Shown here piece after piece: positions 31,013 through 41,903 of a stretch of 64,000 nucleotides of DNA (within the stretch, counting starts at the first letter, position 1; each line of letters opens with the position of its first letter). The position numbers and the translations under genes were made by a program. The DNA is taken from positions 372,001 to 436,000 of the forward strand of contig BROI01000025.1 in NCBI GenBank assembly GCA_027923505.1, written 5' to 3'. The notes beneath the pieces are model-generated. The model saw only the letters and a program-made list of their open reading frames with translations. It did not search any database and was not told the DNA's origin. The DNA is from Mayamaea pseudoterrestris (lineage: Eukaryota).

Positions 31013-33343
31013 TTAGTATCCAGCAATGGCCAAAAGAGTAATTTTTCTCTCCTTCTGGTTCGATTTTCGCGCCATGAGTCGGGTCAAGGTAGCTGCCGTC
31101 ATGCCACGAGTGTCCTCGTCATCCAGTCCGACAATGAGGTCACCAGCGTTGATCAAACCCAGCATTGGAGAAGTGGGCTTCAGCGAGTGCACACATGGAC
31201 CCTCCTTCGTTGTGTCAACGACGATTCCAATCGGACCTGCCGGAGCAAAGACATCGTAGAGACCTCCTCGGCGCACCGCCGATTCGTAGGAAGCTGGCAA
31301 ATTGTCAAGTTGCTGCGGTCCATCGTCGCGCAAAGGGCGAGCGCCCAGGTAACCAGTTGATTCCATCGTCGGCTGCTGTGACTGGTGCTTCGCTTTCATC
31401 TGCTGCTGTTGCGGCTTCTTCTTTTTCTTGCCCGAGAGGATGTTGTTAAAGAAAGAGCTAGCAACTGATTGCCCGGATGCGGATGTAGACGGTGAATCCA
31501 TAGCGATGGGAGCCGCTCCTAACGTTCCACCCATGCTTTTGGTCAACATAAGTTCCTGATCGTCAACGTAGAATGAGGGGTTTGGCTGACCATTGTAGTA
31601 GATCCCGGCCGGCGCTGCAAACTGCGCATTAGGTTGATTGTGCATTCCAATATGTTCATTCGCACCTCCTGGACGCGCTCCAAGGACTTGACGCATCATG
31701 TGAGCATGGTCGCGAGACGTTGTCGGATCGATTCGGAAGCCATACTGTTCATAGTTTGCCTCGGAAACTCCAACCTCCGACTCTGTTGGCGGATCCACCG
31801 ACCCATGGCTTCGCTGCAATGGAATGTTCGTGAGCTGGCCACCCCCCAAGCACTCTGCTCCAATCCTTTGGTTCAAGCAGTCCAAGTCGCCGAAAATATT
31901 GTCGGACATGATGGATGGTCGACCGGTATTTTCTTGGTGCTCCTCGTTTTCCTCCGTCGCTGACTGGTTAATTGCAGCTGCCATTTGCTGCTCGGTCAAA
32001 ATGGTATTATCGGGATAAGTGCGTGCCTCAACAAAAGCGTTAGGGTCCATGTAACTATCCTTCATTGGATACTGCTGTTGCATGCCAAACTCGTTCACCA
32101 TCATGGTGCCAGTCGACGATCCTCGTGGACTGTCAAGGGCTTCGCCATATTCGGACAAGGTGTAGCTACGCACCGAGTAAACAGCGGCACCAATTGCCAA
32201 TCCAACCGCCACCAAAGCAATGACAAGAATGGCCGACAGACCACCTGCGGATATGGCCTTTTCGGAAGCGTTGGCGTTGCCTTGAATGGCGCTGGCGTCG
32301 ATTGGACGCAGCGGCAAAAAGACGTCATTGTAATTGCCGAGCATGTGGATCCAAAGCTCATCCGGTTTCTGAAACAGTGAATTAAGCGCAGCGAACAAGT
32401 CAAATTCTGTATCTGCGCCAGTGTAAATGGCTGTGACTTCAAAATGTAGCTCCAACAATGTTGATGACTCTGACGTCGTTGTTACTTGTTGTTGCTCAAG
32501 CGTGCGCTCACTCGGCGGCGCGCCATCCACCTTGTAGTCGGATGTGGCCGTGACGCTTGTCTCTGTCCCATCCGTTGTCATGGTCATGTTGAAGCCTCGC
32601 GTCACAAGGGCTTGAAACTCCAAAACGACTTGCGGAACGCTGAGTCCACCGTCAATCGACAGCTGATCAATGTAGTCTTCCGTTCCAGTGACAAAAGCCA
32701 ATTGCTCCTCGCTTGTCAGCTTTTTCGTAAGCTCCAAATGTGCTGTGAAAAAGGCCGACTGCGTACCAATGTAGGTTGGAACGTTGCTTGGCATGCTTGA
32801 TACCGACGGACTCGCTGATGGATTAAGGGAAGGCGCTGCCGAAACGGTCGGACTACTGGAAGGAGTTTTTGTTGGTGAATACGACGGACGTGATGATGGC
32901 ATGGGAGAAGTCGTTGGCGAAGGAGATGGCGGTGATGACGGTGCCTCTGTCGGAAACCGCGTTGTGGTGGGTTGGAAACTTGGTTGCGGACTGTCGGTTG
33001 GCGCAAGAGTAGGCGTATACGATGGGCTTGGAGAAGGTGCTGGTGACTCTGTGGGCGAAGCTGTTGGGCTTCCAGTCGGCTCGGGTGTAACAGTGGGAGT
33101 AATGGTCGGTGTATAGCTTGGGCTTGGTGAAGGTGCTGGACTTTCCGTCGGCGAGCTAGTAGGGCTGCTGAGTTCATCAGCGGTTGTATTGGTGGCGTTC
33201 ACAGCTGTCGCATTCTTCAAAAGGCCGCGCACGCCTTGTGACGGAACGACATCAATAGAGCGACGAGGGTAGTTCCAAGCCTTTGTTGAATGCAGCAAGA
33301 CAGCACTGAGCAAGAGAGTGGTGGCAGTCCGATGGTTGATCAT
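31013..33343 (-). CDS. Type I membrane protein with a Pro/Ser/Thr stalk and a C-terminal PDZ-like domain
   Basis: Signal peptide from ATG 33343 (the ORF extends to 33406), SPT.SP repeats, TM GLSAILVIALVAVGLAIGAAVY, PDZ-like APAGPIGIVVDTTKEGPCVHSLKPTSPMLGLINAGDLIVGLD. Confidence 0.8.
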   Translation of the reverse strand: MINHRTATTLLLSAVLLHSTKAWNYPRRSIDVVPSQGVRGLLKNATAVNATNTTADELSSPTSSPTESPAPSPSPSYTPTITPTVTPEPTGSPTASPTESPAPSPSPSYTPTLAPTDSPQPSFQPTTTRFPTEAPSSPPSPSPTTSPMPSSRPSYSPTKTPSSSPTVSAAPSLNPSASPSVSSMPSNVPTYIGTQSAFFTAHLELTKKLTSEEQLAFVTGTEDYIDQLSIDGGLSVPQVVLEFQALVTRGFNMTMTTDGTETSVTATSDYKVDGAPPSERTLEQQQVTTTSESSTLLELHFEVTAIYTGADTEFDLFAALNSLFQKPDELWIHMLGNYNDVFLPLRPIDASAIQGNANASEKAISAGGLSAILVIALVAVGLAIGAAVYSVRSYTLSEYGEALDSPRGSSTGTMMVNEFGMQQQYPMKDSYMDPNAFVEARTYPDNTILTEQQMAAAINQSATEENEEHQENTGRPSIMSDNIFGDLDCLNQRIGAECLGGGQLTNIPLQRSHGSVDPPTESEVGVSEANYEQYGFRIDPTTSRDHAHMMRQVLGARPGGANEHIGMHNQPNAQFAAPAGIYYNGQPNPSFYVDDQELMLTKSMGGTLGAAPIAMDSPSTSASGQSVASSFFNNILSGKKKKKPQQQQMKAKHQSQQPTMESTGYLGARPLRDDGPQQLDNLPASYESAVRRGGLYDVFAPAGPIGIVVDTTKEGPCVHSLKPTSPMLGLINAGDLIVGLDDEDTRGMTAATLTRLMARKSNQKERKITLLAIAGY

Positions 33344-33693
33344 TTTTGCTGTCAAATCGAGGGCAACGTTACTGCTTGCAAATTTGTACAGAATAGCGCC
33401 ACTCAAGGCTGCTGCTGTTTGGAGAGAAAGAAAGTTATCTGCGGAGTTGTCTTGTAGTCACTTTGATGAGACAACAAGAGGCAAGGGCAGCATGGAGGTG
33501 AAGGAATTGGAATATGAACGATTTGGCGATGGAGACGTTGCCTTGTGAAGGCATGGCAGGCGCGCGGATGACCGCCCGGCTTGCTAATGTTCACGATGCG
33601 ACATGGGTCACACGCGGCATCAGCTGCCGCAAATCTTTTTCTTTCGCACCATTCTTCCATCTTCACCATTACGGAGCGATTCAAGGACGTGCA

Positions 33694-35169
33694 ATGGCAA
33701 GCATCAGTCGAACAAGGCTCCTCAATGCCGCGAGAGGGTTGCTAGATAGCAAAAATAAGTCGCTTGGAATTTTACGATGCTTTCCGTTGAAGCGTCAGCA
33801 CGTGGAAACATCGCCTCCGACACCCGCTGACTTCCACACGACCCTTTGTCATTTGATTCGAAACGCAAAGCAACGAGTAACGCTGGCGTCTCTATACATA
33901 GGACCAGCAGCGGATGTTGTTTACGAAAAAGAGGTGGAACTACTGAATGCCATTCGCGAAGCGTCATCCAACGGCGTTGACGTCAAGATTCTGTTGGATC
34001 AACATCGAGCACTTCGGCTTGTACCCATCAAAGGAAGCAAGAGCAAGAACATTACATCTGCGGAAGCATGTAAACGAGTACTAAATGAAAGTGGGAAAAT
34101 TCATCTACTCTCTGTTCTTCCGCCGATATTGGATCGGTTACTCCCGAATCCATACAATGAGATCGCTGGAGTCTTTCACATCAAGGCCTACATTATTGAT
34201 GACCATTTGATACTTAGTGGGGCCAATCTTTCGGAAGAATACTTTGTCGACCGGATCGATCGATATTTATGGGTTACTTGTCCAGACTTGGTGCAATGCT
34301 ACCAAGACATTGTTGACGCTCTGTCTGATCATGGTGTCGAATATTGCGACCATGGAAGACTGCTGCCGCCAAAGACAACCCGACAGCAGCTACTCGACGC
34401 ACTTCGAGCCATCTTGACTACAACGGAAGCAAATGAATACAACCTTGACTCATTCCACGGCGTTGACGATCCGGTCGCCTACGCTGTGCCAACATTTCAT
34501 GCGCCTCCATCCTACGTTCGTCGCTATAGCATGTTTCGAAATGACCATCAAGTCTTGAAAGGCATTTTGCAAGAAGCCGCACACCAGCAGGAGCAACTCC
34601 GTATACCACTGTCATGCCGCATTTCCACAGCCTACTTGAATCCTACCGATGCATTTCTCAAGCTTCTTTCGCCGCTTCAGCGCACCATTTTTCTCACGGC
34701 TGGAAGAGTTTCACATGGATTCAAACCAAAGCCAAAGGCAGGCAACAAGGGACGCGACTGGATACCCACCGTCTTTGAACATTCCGCGCAACTTGCTTCC
34801 CAAAAATTGGACAATGTGAGTGTTTCCTACTACCAGCGTCCAAACTGGTCGTTTCACGCCAAGGGCGTCTGGCTGACGAATGAGTGCATGACGAACAAGG
34901 CAACCGATCATGACGATCCACGTCTTTCGGCAGACGCTCACGTTTACGCCGTGACGCATGGCTCCTCCAACTATGGTCAGCGATCCGCTCACCGTGACAT
35001 GGAGAGCAACTTGTTTTTGATCTTGCCCGAGTTTTCGCCACTGGTGAAGGAACACATTGATGAATGGAACGCATTGTGCGAATACTCAGTGTCAGCTGAA
35101 AGTGAAGGCACGAGACCAATCTTGCCGCAGATTCGGGGAGCCTTTCCCGTCATTCGATACTTCTTCTAG
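33694..35169 (+). CDS. PGS1: CDP-diacylglycerol--glycerol-3-phosphate 3-phosphatidyltransferase (PLD-type PGP synthase), probably mitochondrial
   Basis: LASLY, HIKAYIIDD..ILSGANLS..YF.DR.DRY, FHAKGVW, GSSNYG.RS..RD.E. The likely start MASISRTRLL resembles a transit peptide; the ORF is open from 33514. Confidence 0.9.
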   Translation: MASISRTRLLNAARGLLDSKNKSLGILRCFPLKRQHVETSPPTPADFHTTLCHLIRNAKQRVTLASLYIGPAADVVYEKEVELLNAIREASSNGVDVKILLDQHRALRLVPIKGSKSKNITSAEACKRVLNESGKIHLLSVLPPILDRLLPNPYNEIAGVFHIKAYIIDDHLILSGANLSEEYFVDRIDRYLWVTCPDLVQCYQDIVDALSDHGVEYCDHGRLLPPKTTRQQLLDALRAILTTTEANEYNLDSFHGVDDPVAYAVPTFHAPPSYVRRYSMFRNDHQVLKGILQEAAHQQEQLRIPLSCRISTAYLNPTDAFLKLLSPLQRTIFLTAGRVSHGFKPKPKAGNKGRDWIPTVFEHSAQLASQKLDNVSVSYYQRPNWSFHAKGVWLTNECMTNKATDHDDPRLSADAHVYAVTHGSSNYGQRSAHRDMESNLFLILPEFSPLVKEHIDEWNALCEYSVSAESEGTRPILPQIRGAFPVIRYFF

Positions 35170-35277
35170 CGTGCTTGCGAATAGTGGTATTGCTGGTGGT
35201 GTGACGATAAAATACACGTCGCGACTGAACACACAATAAATATATACCTAAGAATAAACTTTAACAAATACGCCTGC

Positions 35278-36132
35278 CTACCTGTCTCGACGTTTCTTGT
35301 CCTTCTGTTGCTGTGGACCTCCTCCATACGACTTGTGCCACAGTCGTCCAGTATCGGTTCGAAAACTCTTTTGAATACTGCCATGGTCATAATCCACGCG
35401 ACACGGACGACCCAAGACAACAATTGGTGACGCCGTGGCCTCCTGCGCATGCTCCACCGCGTCGAACTCCACGTAGGCAAAGCCTCTGGACCGCTTGGTG
35501 GCATTGTGACGAACGACGCGCACGCCGCCCGGCACAATGTTGGCATCGGCGCCAATGGCTTCCGCAATATCATCCTCCGTAGCGTCATACGACAAGTTAT
35601 GTAACACAATCGTCTTGGATGGTTCGCCTTGCAGTGTTTGTTGTTGCGTCGTTGATTGACCAGCGGACGGAGCATTCGCCGGAGCAATGCTCAAGTATCG
35701 CTTCTTCAAATACAGACGCTTGGCACCGAGTGCACATGCCGACTGCTGAAGGTCGCGTGTCGCAAATACAACGTGTCCATATCCTTTGAGGCGACCAGTG
35801 TCGGGCCAGGTTGGTAGACGCACGTCGGAAATGATTGCATCGGCATCTTCTTCCGTCGCGTTCAAATGCTGCACAAAGAACGCGACTACATCCTCGCGGG
35901 TACAATCATATGGTATGCCTTCCACAAAGACTGTTCGATCGACTTCGCGCTCCTTGGTGTCGGCATCCTTGGCCGCAGCGTCAAGTTCATCATCTTCCTT
36001 GTTTTCTTCGTCGTCGTCAGCCTTTTTGCGTTTTCTCTTGCGCTTGCGACGCTTCTTCCCGTCGTCAACCGCCTCTGGAATCTCATCGACTTCCAGATTC
36101 TTTTCCTTAAAGGATTCCTCGTAGTCTGCCAT
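35278..36132 (-). CDS. Two-RRM RNA-binding protein (nucleolin/gar2-like)
   Basis: RNP motifs VFVEGIPY/KGYGHVVF and IVLHNLSY/RGFAYVEF; basic NLS KKRRKRKRKRKK. Confidence 0.85.
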   Translation of the reverse strand: MADYEESFKEKNLEVDEIPEAVDDGKKRRKRKRKRKKADDDEENKEDDELDAAAKDADTKEREVDRTVFVEGIPYDCTREDVVAFFVQHLNATEEDADAIISDVRLPTWPDTGRLKGYGHVVFATRDLQQSACALGAKRLYLKKRYLSIAPANAPSAGQSTTQQQTLQGEPSKTIVLHNLSYDATEDDIAEAIGADANIVPGGVRVVRHNATKRSRGFAYVEFDAVEHAQEATASPIVVLGRPCRVDYDHGSIQKSFRTDTGRLWHKSYGGGPQQQKDKKRRDR

Positions 36133-36395
36133 GCTAGATATGATAAGTGCAGCCGAAGAGCAAAATCAAGCAACGGCAGATCGAAGAGAAAATGGATGGT
36201 CGGATGGAGAAAATCAACTGTGTACCGTTACGACATAGTGACGGATCTTCTATTGTTTCACGAGTCAAATCCAGCGCCGCCGCGCTGGCGCGCGCAAACA
36301 TTGGCAATCAATCGTCGCTTCTCATTCATTCGGCCAAGATTGGAGTTCATACCTTTGCTTCATCGTACCATCTCAGTCAATCTCTCTCATTCGCA

Positions 36396-36767
36396 ATGAG
36401 ACTTGTTCTCTTCTACCTTCTTGGCATTGTTGTCACAGGTGTGGTGTCGAAATTGGTGTCCGCAGCTTCGCCACCAGAGCAAGCTCGCTTGGGTCATGGT
36501 TCAGCGGCAGCTCGCACTTTGAACACCTTGCCGACACCGACATTGAATGCACCCGAGCGACAGGACTCAGCAAGCGTGCATCAAGAATACTACAAGGGCA
36601 CGAAAGATGGCAAGGAAGCTTCGCAAGCTAGGATGGTCGTGACCAAGCCCCGACGGGTCATGGGAGTCGCGCCGCCGCCCACTCGTGGAGAAGTTCACGG
36701 GAGACCTCGCGACTTTTTGCAGCCTGGATTGTTTGGACCTTTTCCAAAGTGGTCCAGTCGACGTTAA
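36396..36767 (+). CDS. Small putative secreted protein (123 aa)
   Basis: ATG followed by the hydrophobic leader MRLVLFYLLGIVVTGVVSKLVSA. No recognisable domain. Confidence 0.45.
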   Translation: MRLVLFYLLGIVVTGVVSKLVSAASPPEQARLGHGSAAARTLNTLPTPTLNAPERQDSASVHQEYYKGTKDGKEASQARMVVTKPRRVMGVAPPPTRGEVHGRPRDFLQPGLFGPFPKWSSRR

Positions 36768-37151
36768 TAGTCTCTTTGTAATAGTCTAAATAAGTAAAAT
36801 ACTGTACAATGTCACGTGAATCAGTTAGATCTTATGCGTGGACAAGCTGGATCTTGCAAATGCTTGTAGATGGTATGTAAGGGACAATCATCGTTTTTGA
36901 GCATGAATCGTCAAAAGCATGGGAAGAATAACTTCATGCTTCACCACAACAGCGATCGCTTGCCAAAGAAAAGTGGAGTAGCACAGAATAAAACCGCTAA
37001 GACTCAATGACTAGATCGTGGTGCGACTTTTGCACTGACGTTGTGTCCACTCGCACGCTTCGACCATGAAACCATGAGGAACGAATGAGGCTCTACTGAC
37101 GACTTATTTCCGCCTTTATCGCAGCAGACACTTGAACTGGATTTACATATT

Positions 37152-37925
37152 ATGCAAGACAATAGAAAGCATACGAAAGGCATGGCATTCATTTCTGGAC
37201 GACTTTTAATGCAGCTTCTGATGTTGATGATTTCATGTTTCGTGATATCAGGCTTCTACATTAAACCTACCTTCTACAAGGCGGATAGAATAGGACTAAA
37301 GATGAATAGTCAACTCATAATATTGCATGCAACATTGAACCCAATCAATGGCGAACGAGACACGCAAGCCGCTGAAGATTTCACATTTGATCTCGCTGAT
37401 GCTGCCGATATCGATGAAAGTGAAGTCATGCCAACTGCTCCACCAGTCACTTACAAGAAATTTATCACCATGCAAGATAAACGCGTTCTAGTTACCATTC
37501 GATACTCGGGGGAGTCAGGATTAAGGCCATACTTTTTGACGGTTGCCAAGCGATTGAAGCAATCACATCCCGATGTCATAGTTGAGCGACGCATTCTTCC
37601 ACCAGCAGCCCATGTATCAAGTGAAACTAGCATGGAGGCAGAAGCTACATTTGAAGTACTGGTGGATGGAACAATGGTGGTAGGTAGGACCAGGGCTAGG
37701 CGGGCCAAGGTAGCGCGGGTGGACATGAGTCGAAGTAGAAGTGTGTACGTGAGCATGCAGGAATTAGACGTTGCCATTGCGAGAGCTAGGAGAAGGCGAC
37801 GGCCATCAACTACTGTCTATGGAGATGCGGCAGCGGCTCAGAGTGGCGCCATGCGCAAGGAAATGCTGCGAGACAAGAATGGCGCAGAAGATGGTAGTAG
37901 TGGTAAGGATGATGCGTTTCTCTAA
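37152..37925 (+). CDS. Rdx/SelW-like thioredoxin-fold protein lacking CxxC/U, possibly plastid-targeted
   Basis: VTIRYSGESGL.PYF...AK.LK..HPD...TFEVLVDG follows the Rdx-family layout. Hydrophobic leader ends VISG-F. Confidence 0.55.
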   Translation: MQDNRKHTKGMAFISGRLLMQLLMLMISCFVISGFYIKPTFYKADRIGLKMNSQLIILHATLNPINGERDTQAAEDFTFDLADAADIDESEVMPTAPPVTYKKFITMQDKRVLVTIRYSGESGLRPYFLTVAKRLKQSHPDVIVERRILPPAAHVSSETSMEAEATFEVLVDGTMVVGRTRARRAKVARVDMSRSRSVYVSMQELDVAIARARRRRRPSTTVYGDAAAAQSGAMRKEMLRDKNGAEDGSSGKDDAFL

Positions 37926-38301
37926 AAGCATTACACATGATTGCCGTAGCGAAATGAACCTATGACCTATGATTGTCGGTGGCTGATATTGCTTAACTTA
38001 CAAATCACTTAATGAACAATTATAAGATGGTATTTAGTACAGTGCTGCACCTTGGGTACCGGGGTAGTTTGCCTACAAGTCGTCGCGGACTGCATCTTGG
38101 TTGCTACTTTGCTTCCAACTGACGCTCTTGACGGCTCCGTCATGTATATTGGGTGGATCAATAAGCTCAAGCTCGACAAACAAAAAGTGTAGGAGTATCG
38201 CAATACCGCACTTGTTGTTCCGCTCACCTTTTTTACAATGGTTTAAAGAGGACAACTACTATGCTACGGTTACTCTGCCTAAACTATCCGACCTTGCTTG
38301 C

Positions 38302-38361
38302 TGACGTGTCGACTGACTCAAATTGACTTGTGACGTGTCGGAAGCAACATTGGAACACGTG
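38302..38361. promoter_or_regulatory. Cluster of bZIP-type motifs (TGACGTGTC x2, TGACTCA, CACGTG)
   Basis: Four ACGT/AP-1-type elements within 60 bp of intergenic DNA, about 360 bp upstream of ATG 38723. Confidence 0.35.
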
Positions 38362-38722
38362 GCAGCTGCTTCGCTGCTTAGGCTTAAGTAAACTTCAAGT
38401 AGACAAATCTCTATTCAAGGCGCAGATGGCCGAGAAATCGACGTGTCTTTGTTGTTCAATTTGAATAACATCCAAGAGCCGATTGTATGAACAAGCTGAC
38501 CATTCTACCCACCATACGTTAAAGAAAAGGCCCGAGGAGTTGGTAGATCATGACTCTGTAATAAGGCTCTTCACTCAGAAAGCACTTGCTTGTGACACTA
38601 CGATCATTTGCCGACTTCCACTCATTCGAAAGTCGACGCAGCAAAGACGCAAGTGTCCCGTTCCGGCAAAAGTTTCGATTCAGTTCTGCCAATTACCGAA
38701 ATCAAGTAACGTATATAGTAGA

Positions 38723-40096
38723 ATGTCGGACTATCCGCGTGGAAATTATCGCGACAACGATGAGGATGGCTCGGAACGTAGCAGTGCCTTCACGGACGAC
38801 GCGGGGTACCAAAGCTCCAACGATGGCCGACAGCGTCGACCCTTGAATCCATCAGACGCAGCTCCGAACAACGAGCGACAGCAAACCTTTCAAAGAGAAG
38901 AGGACAAAAAAGATGTTCCGCTGCAAGCAGGTTTTCAGTCATCTGATCCATCTTCTCATTCTAGCTCATTTATGGAATCGATTGGGCTAGCAGGACAGTA
39001 TGAAGGGCAAAATTTGGATGCAGATACAGCTGCATCAATTAAAAATGCTGCTGGCTCATACCTCGCGGTAGACACATCCAGCAAGTTGTTTGCAGGGTTT
39101 CGCAATGTTGGGTTTGCTGCAACTCAAGAACACGAACGAGTCGATCGGCCGACTATTTACGACCCATTGGGCGCCACCAGTACGCACAGGGAAAGCTCTC
39201 ACTGTCATCAAGAACCTATGGGTCCTCCGTTGAGTCGGATTCAAGCTTCTAGTCGTGAAGGCTCCATGTATGGATCCGACGATGGACAACGTGACACAGC
39301 AGGTCGATACTCTCCGTTTCACGGCAGTACGACTTCGAGTATCAGTCAACTACACGAGACCATGGAGGCTGAAGATGATAATGTAAAGCTCGATCATGGT
39401 GCAGATACTCCTCCTCCTAGTCTGTCCGGGGCAGATGATATGGAAGAAGGATCACAAGCTGGCGGTGAGGACGACTGCGGAAACTCACTCGATGTGGAGA
39501 CGCACTCCGTTCACTCCATGGGAGCGAGATCCGTTTATAGCCAAGATGACACTTCGTTTTTGCCGCAAGTAGAGACGGCGAGCATTCATGATGTTCCCTC
39601 CTTTGATCCAAGGCAACTGCAAGGCGTTCCGGGCGGCGGCGTGAATCACAGTCCACTCGGCTCTACCGAGGCATTTGGCGCTGTGGACAACTCTCCCTAT
39701 CAAGAAGCCTTTTTGCATGCGCCAGGTGAAAATTACGACAACGCGGAAACCACCCTTTTAAAAGTGGCTGAGGCTAACAGAGCAGCCTATCAGCACCAAG
39801 GCCGCGACCAAGATTTAATGCCAATGACTGTGCCGGCCAAAATGTACGCAGATGCAGACGAGGAAATCGTCTTTGATACAGCTAGTTTACAAAACAATCG
39901 ACGGCGGGTACAAGCGGATTGGGTCAGTATTGAAGATCAATACCGCCATCGAGGAGTTGGGCGACGCAGTCGTAGCCGGAGTAGGAGTCGAAGCCCCAAT
40001 CAGAGTGGGGAAGAAGAAGGAAAGCCGGCAGCTCGTTCGCAGTCAAGCGGAGGTGACGCTCATCATCCGCACGAAGACCCTGCCCGATCATTATGA
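38723..40096 (+). CDS. Hypothetical disordered protein with a C-terminal RS dipeptide tract
   Basis: Open frame; the first ATG is at 38723 (the track starts at a TTG at 38483). D/S/G-rich, with RSRSRSRSRSP near the end. Confidence 0.7.
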   Translation: MSDYPRGNYRDNDEDGSERSSAFTDDAGYQSSNDGRQRRPLNPSDAAPNNERQQTFQREEDKKDVPLQAGFQSSDPSSHSSSFMESIGLAGQYEGQNLDADTAASIKNAAGSYLAVDTSSKLFAGFRNVGFAATQEHERVDRPTIYDPLGATSTHRESSHCHQEPMGPPLSRIQASSREGSMYGSDDGQRDTAGRYSPFHGSTTSSISQLHETMEAEDDNVKLDHGADTPPPSLSGADDMEEGSQAGGEDDCGNSLDVETHSVHSMGARSVYSQDDTSFLPQVETASIHDVPSFDPRQLQGVPGGGVNHSPLGSTEAFGAVDNSPYQEAFLHAPGENYDNAETTLLKVAEANRAAYQHQGRDQDLMPMTVPAKMYADADEEIVFDTASLQNNRRRVQADWVSIEDQYRHRGVGRRSRSRSRSRSPNQSGEEEGKPAARSQSSGGDAHHPHEDPARSL

Positions 40097-40258
40097 CAAA
40101 CAAAAACAGCCGACGCTATTTGAGACTGCTATCTATCATTATTGTGTTGCTACGAGTCATAGATGACTCTGCTAAGATCAAACGCATTTAGAAAAGTATT
40201 CAATCGTTTCGCGGGTGAATTGGTAGAGCATCCGCCAGTCAAATCTCGCCATTCTCGT

Positions 40259-41651
40259 TTACGATGGCGGATGCTGATCCTCCAGCGAGCGACGAATCGC
40301 CTCGGCAATCATTTCCTCCTCCGTCAACTCTTGATCTGATGCCCCGCCAGGTTGGCGAGGAGCTGCATTCCTATTGGCAATGTTGCTTTCACCAGCAGCC
40401 GACGGCATCATGCTTGCAAAGCCGCCAACCGGCATCCCCATGGCTTGCATTTGCTGCATGGCTCGAGGATCCTGCATCATGGCTTGCATTCGCTGCATGG
40501 CTTGAGGGTCCTGCATGAGCTGCGTCATTTGCGCAAGCATTTGCGGATTGTTGGCCATTTGCTGAAACGCTTGCCGCATCATGGGATTGTTGGCGACTCG
40601 AGGATCATTCATCATCATGTTTTGAATCATGGGATTCTGTGAATACAAGACAAGAGAGGGTAAGAATGGAAACGTTGTATCGAATCAAGACGCATTACAT
40701 CATGTGTTTATTTACCTGCATCATGCTTTGCAACAAGGCTGGATCACGCATAATTGCCGCTTGAATATTATTCATGTCGGGCGGCATATTTGCTCCCAAA
40801 CCCGGCAATCCTCCTCCCGGTGGCAACAAGGATGGTAAACCAGTCGCTCCTGCAGGAGCCAAGGGCATGTTGCTAGTAATGTTTCGCGCCGCATTGACTT
40901 GCTGGACGGCTCGCTCAACCTTGGTTTTGGTTTCCTGCAGCTTTTGCCAAGCGTCGGCATTGGCATGCATAACGTAGACTGGCGCTCCACTTTCCGCGTC
41001 CGTCTCGCTGACAAAGCCGGCGGCAAGCAAGACAGCATCCCCTCCCACTAGATTTCCAAGGCGACGTGCAAAGGCTGGATTCTCCTTCTTGACGCGTCTA
41101 TATTTTTCCTCCAATGGGTGCTCCAAAATATTGAAAAGCAATTTATCCAAAACTTGTACTGCCGTTTGATAGTCGGCTGGAGAGTTGGATGCTCGCATGG
41201 CTTGCAGAGCGGCAAGGAGAGGATCGTTTGGTGTCAATGGTTGCGCTGTAACGGCGGCTGCTGCTACCGATGGAAATCTAATGGGAGCAGGGGCCGTCAT
41301 CATGCTGGCGGAAGCGACTGGTAGAGTCGCGGCTGCAGCTGATACTGCAGAATTCACTTCTTGAGTAGTAACGGCAGTAGCAGACTCTGCCTGGACAGCA
41401 GGTTTTCCCATACAGTGAAGTACACTTCCATCCTCCATTTTGTATTCTTGAACAGCAATTTTCGTTGCATCGCTTGCGATCAATCGACCACGAAAAATTA
41501 GCTTGAGCGTTCCAGGTGGGATCTTGGTGCTATCGCTAACGCGCTTCAATAAATCTAGCGCTGAAATATTGCTAGGGACTTGGATAGGGACCCGAGGCGA
41601 TCCTTCCGCTCCTGTAACACTCAAGTGAATGGTAATCTCGTCGTTGCTCAT
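40259..41651 (-). CDS. Ubiquilin-like adaptor: UBL + PUB + STI1-like + UIM, 2 exons
   Basis: UBL (LKLIFRGRLI), PUB (KLLFNILEHPLEEKYRRVKKENPAF...LLAAGF), M/Q/N/P-rich STI1-like repeats, UIM (TEEEMIAEAIRRSL). Intron 40715-40637 (79 nt). Confidence 0.85.
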
Positions 41652-41903
41652 GGTCGCTTCCGTCGCCTTCCCCGTTCGCTCGATTGCTTTTGTGGAAGCT
41701 GCAGCGCGCGCACGCGATGCAGCGCGATTTGCGGTAAAACCGCTACGACATACCGGTACTAAAATCTTTGCGCAGAACGCGATTGCTCCTACCGTCAGCA
41801 GGGCGGCTTTGCATCTCGTGGATCAGAGCTATGGCAAGCTACAATTTTTAAAAAATGCGTCCGACCCTTTCAACAATTCTGCAAACTCTATCATTCTATC
41901 ATT

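Noticed and set aside
13526..35169. CDP-DAG synthase and PGS1 as a phosphatidylglycerol pathway cluster
   Set aside because: They are about 19 kb apart with ten unrelated genes between, so chance is sufficient.
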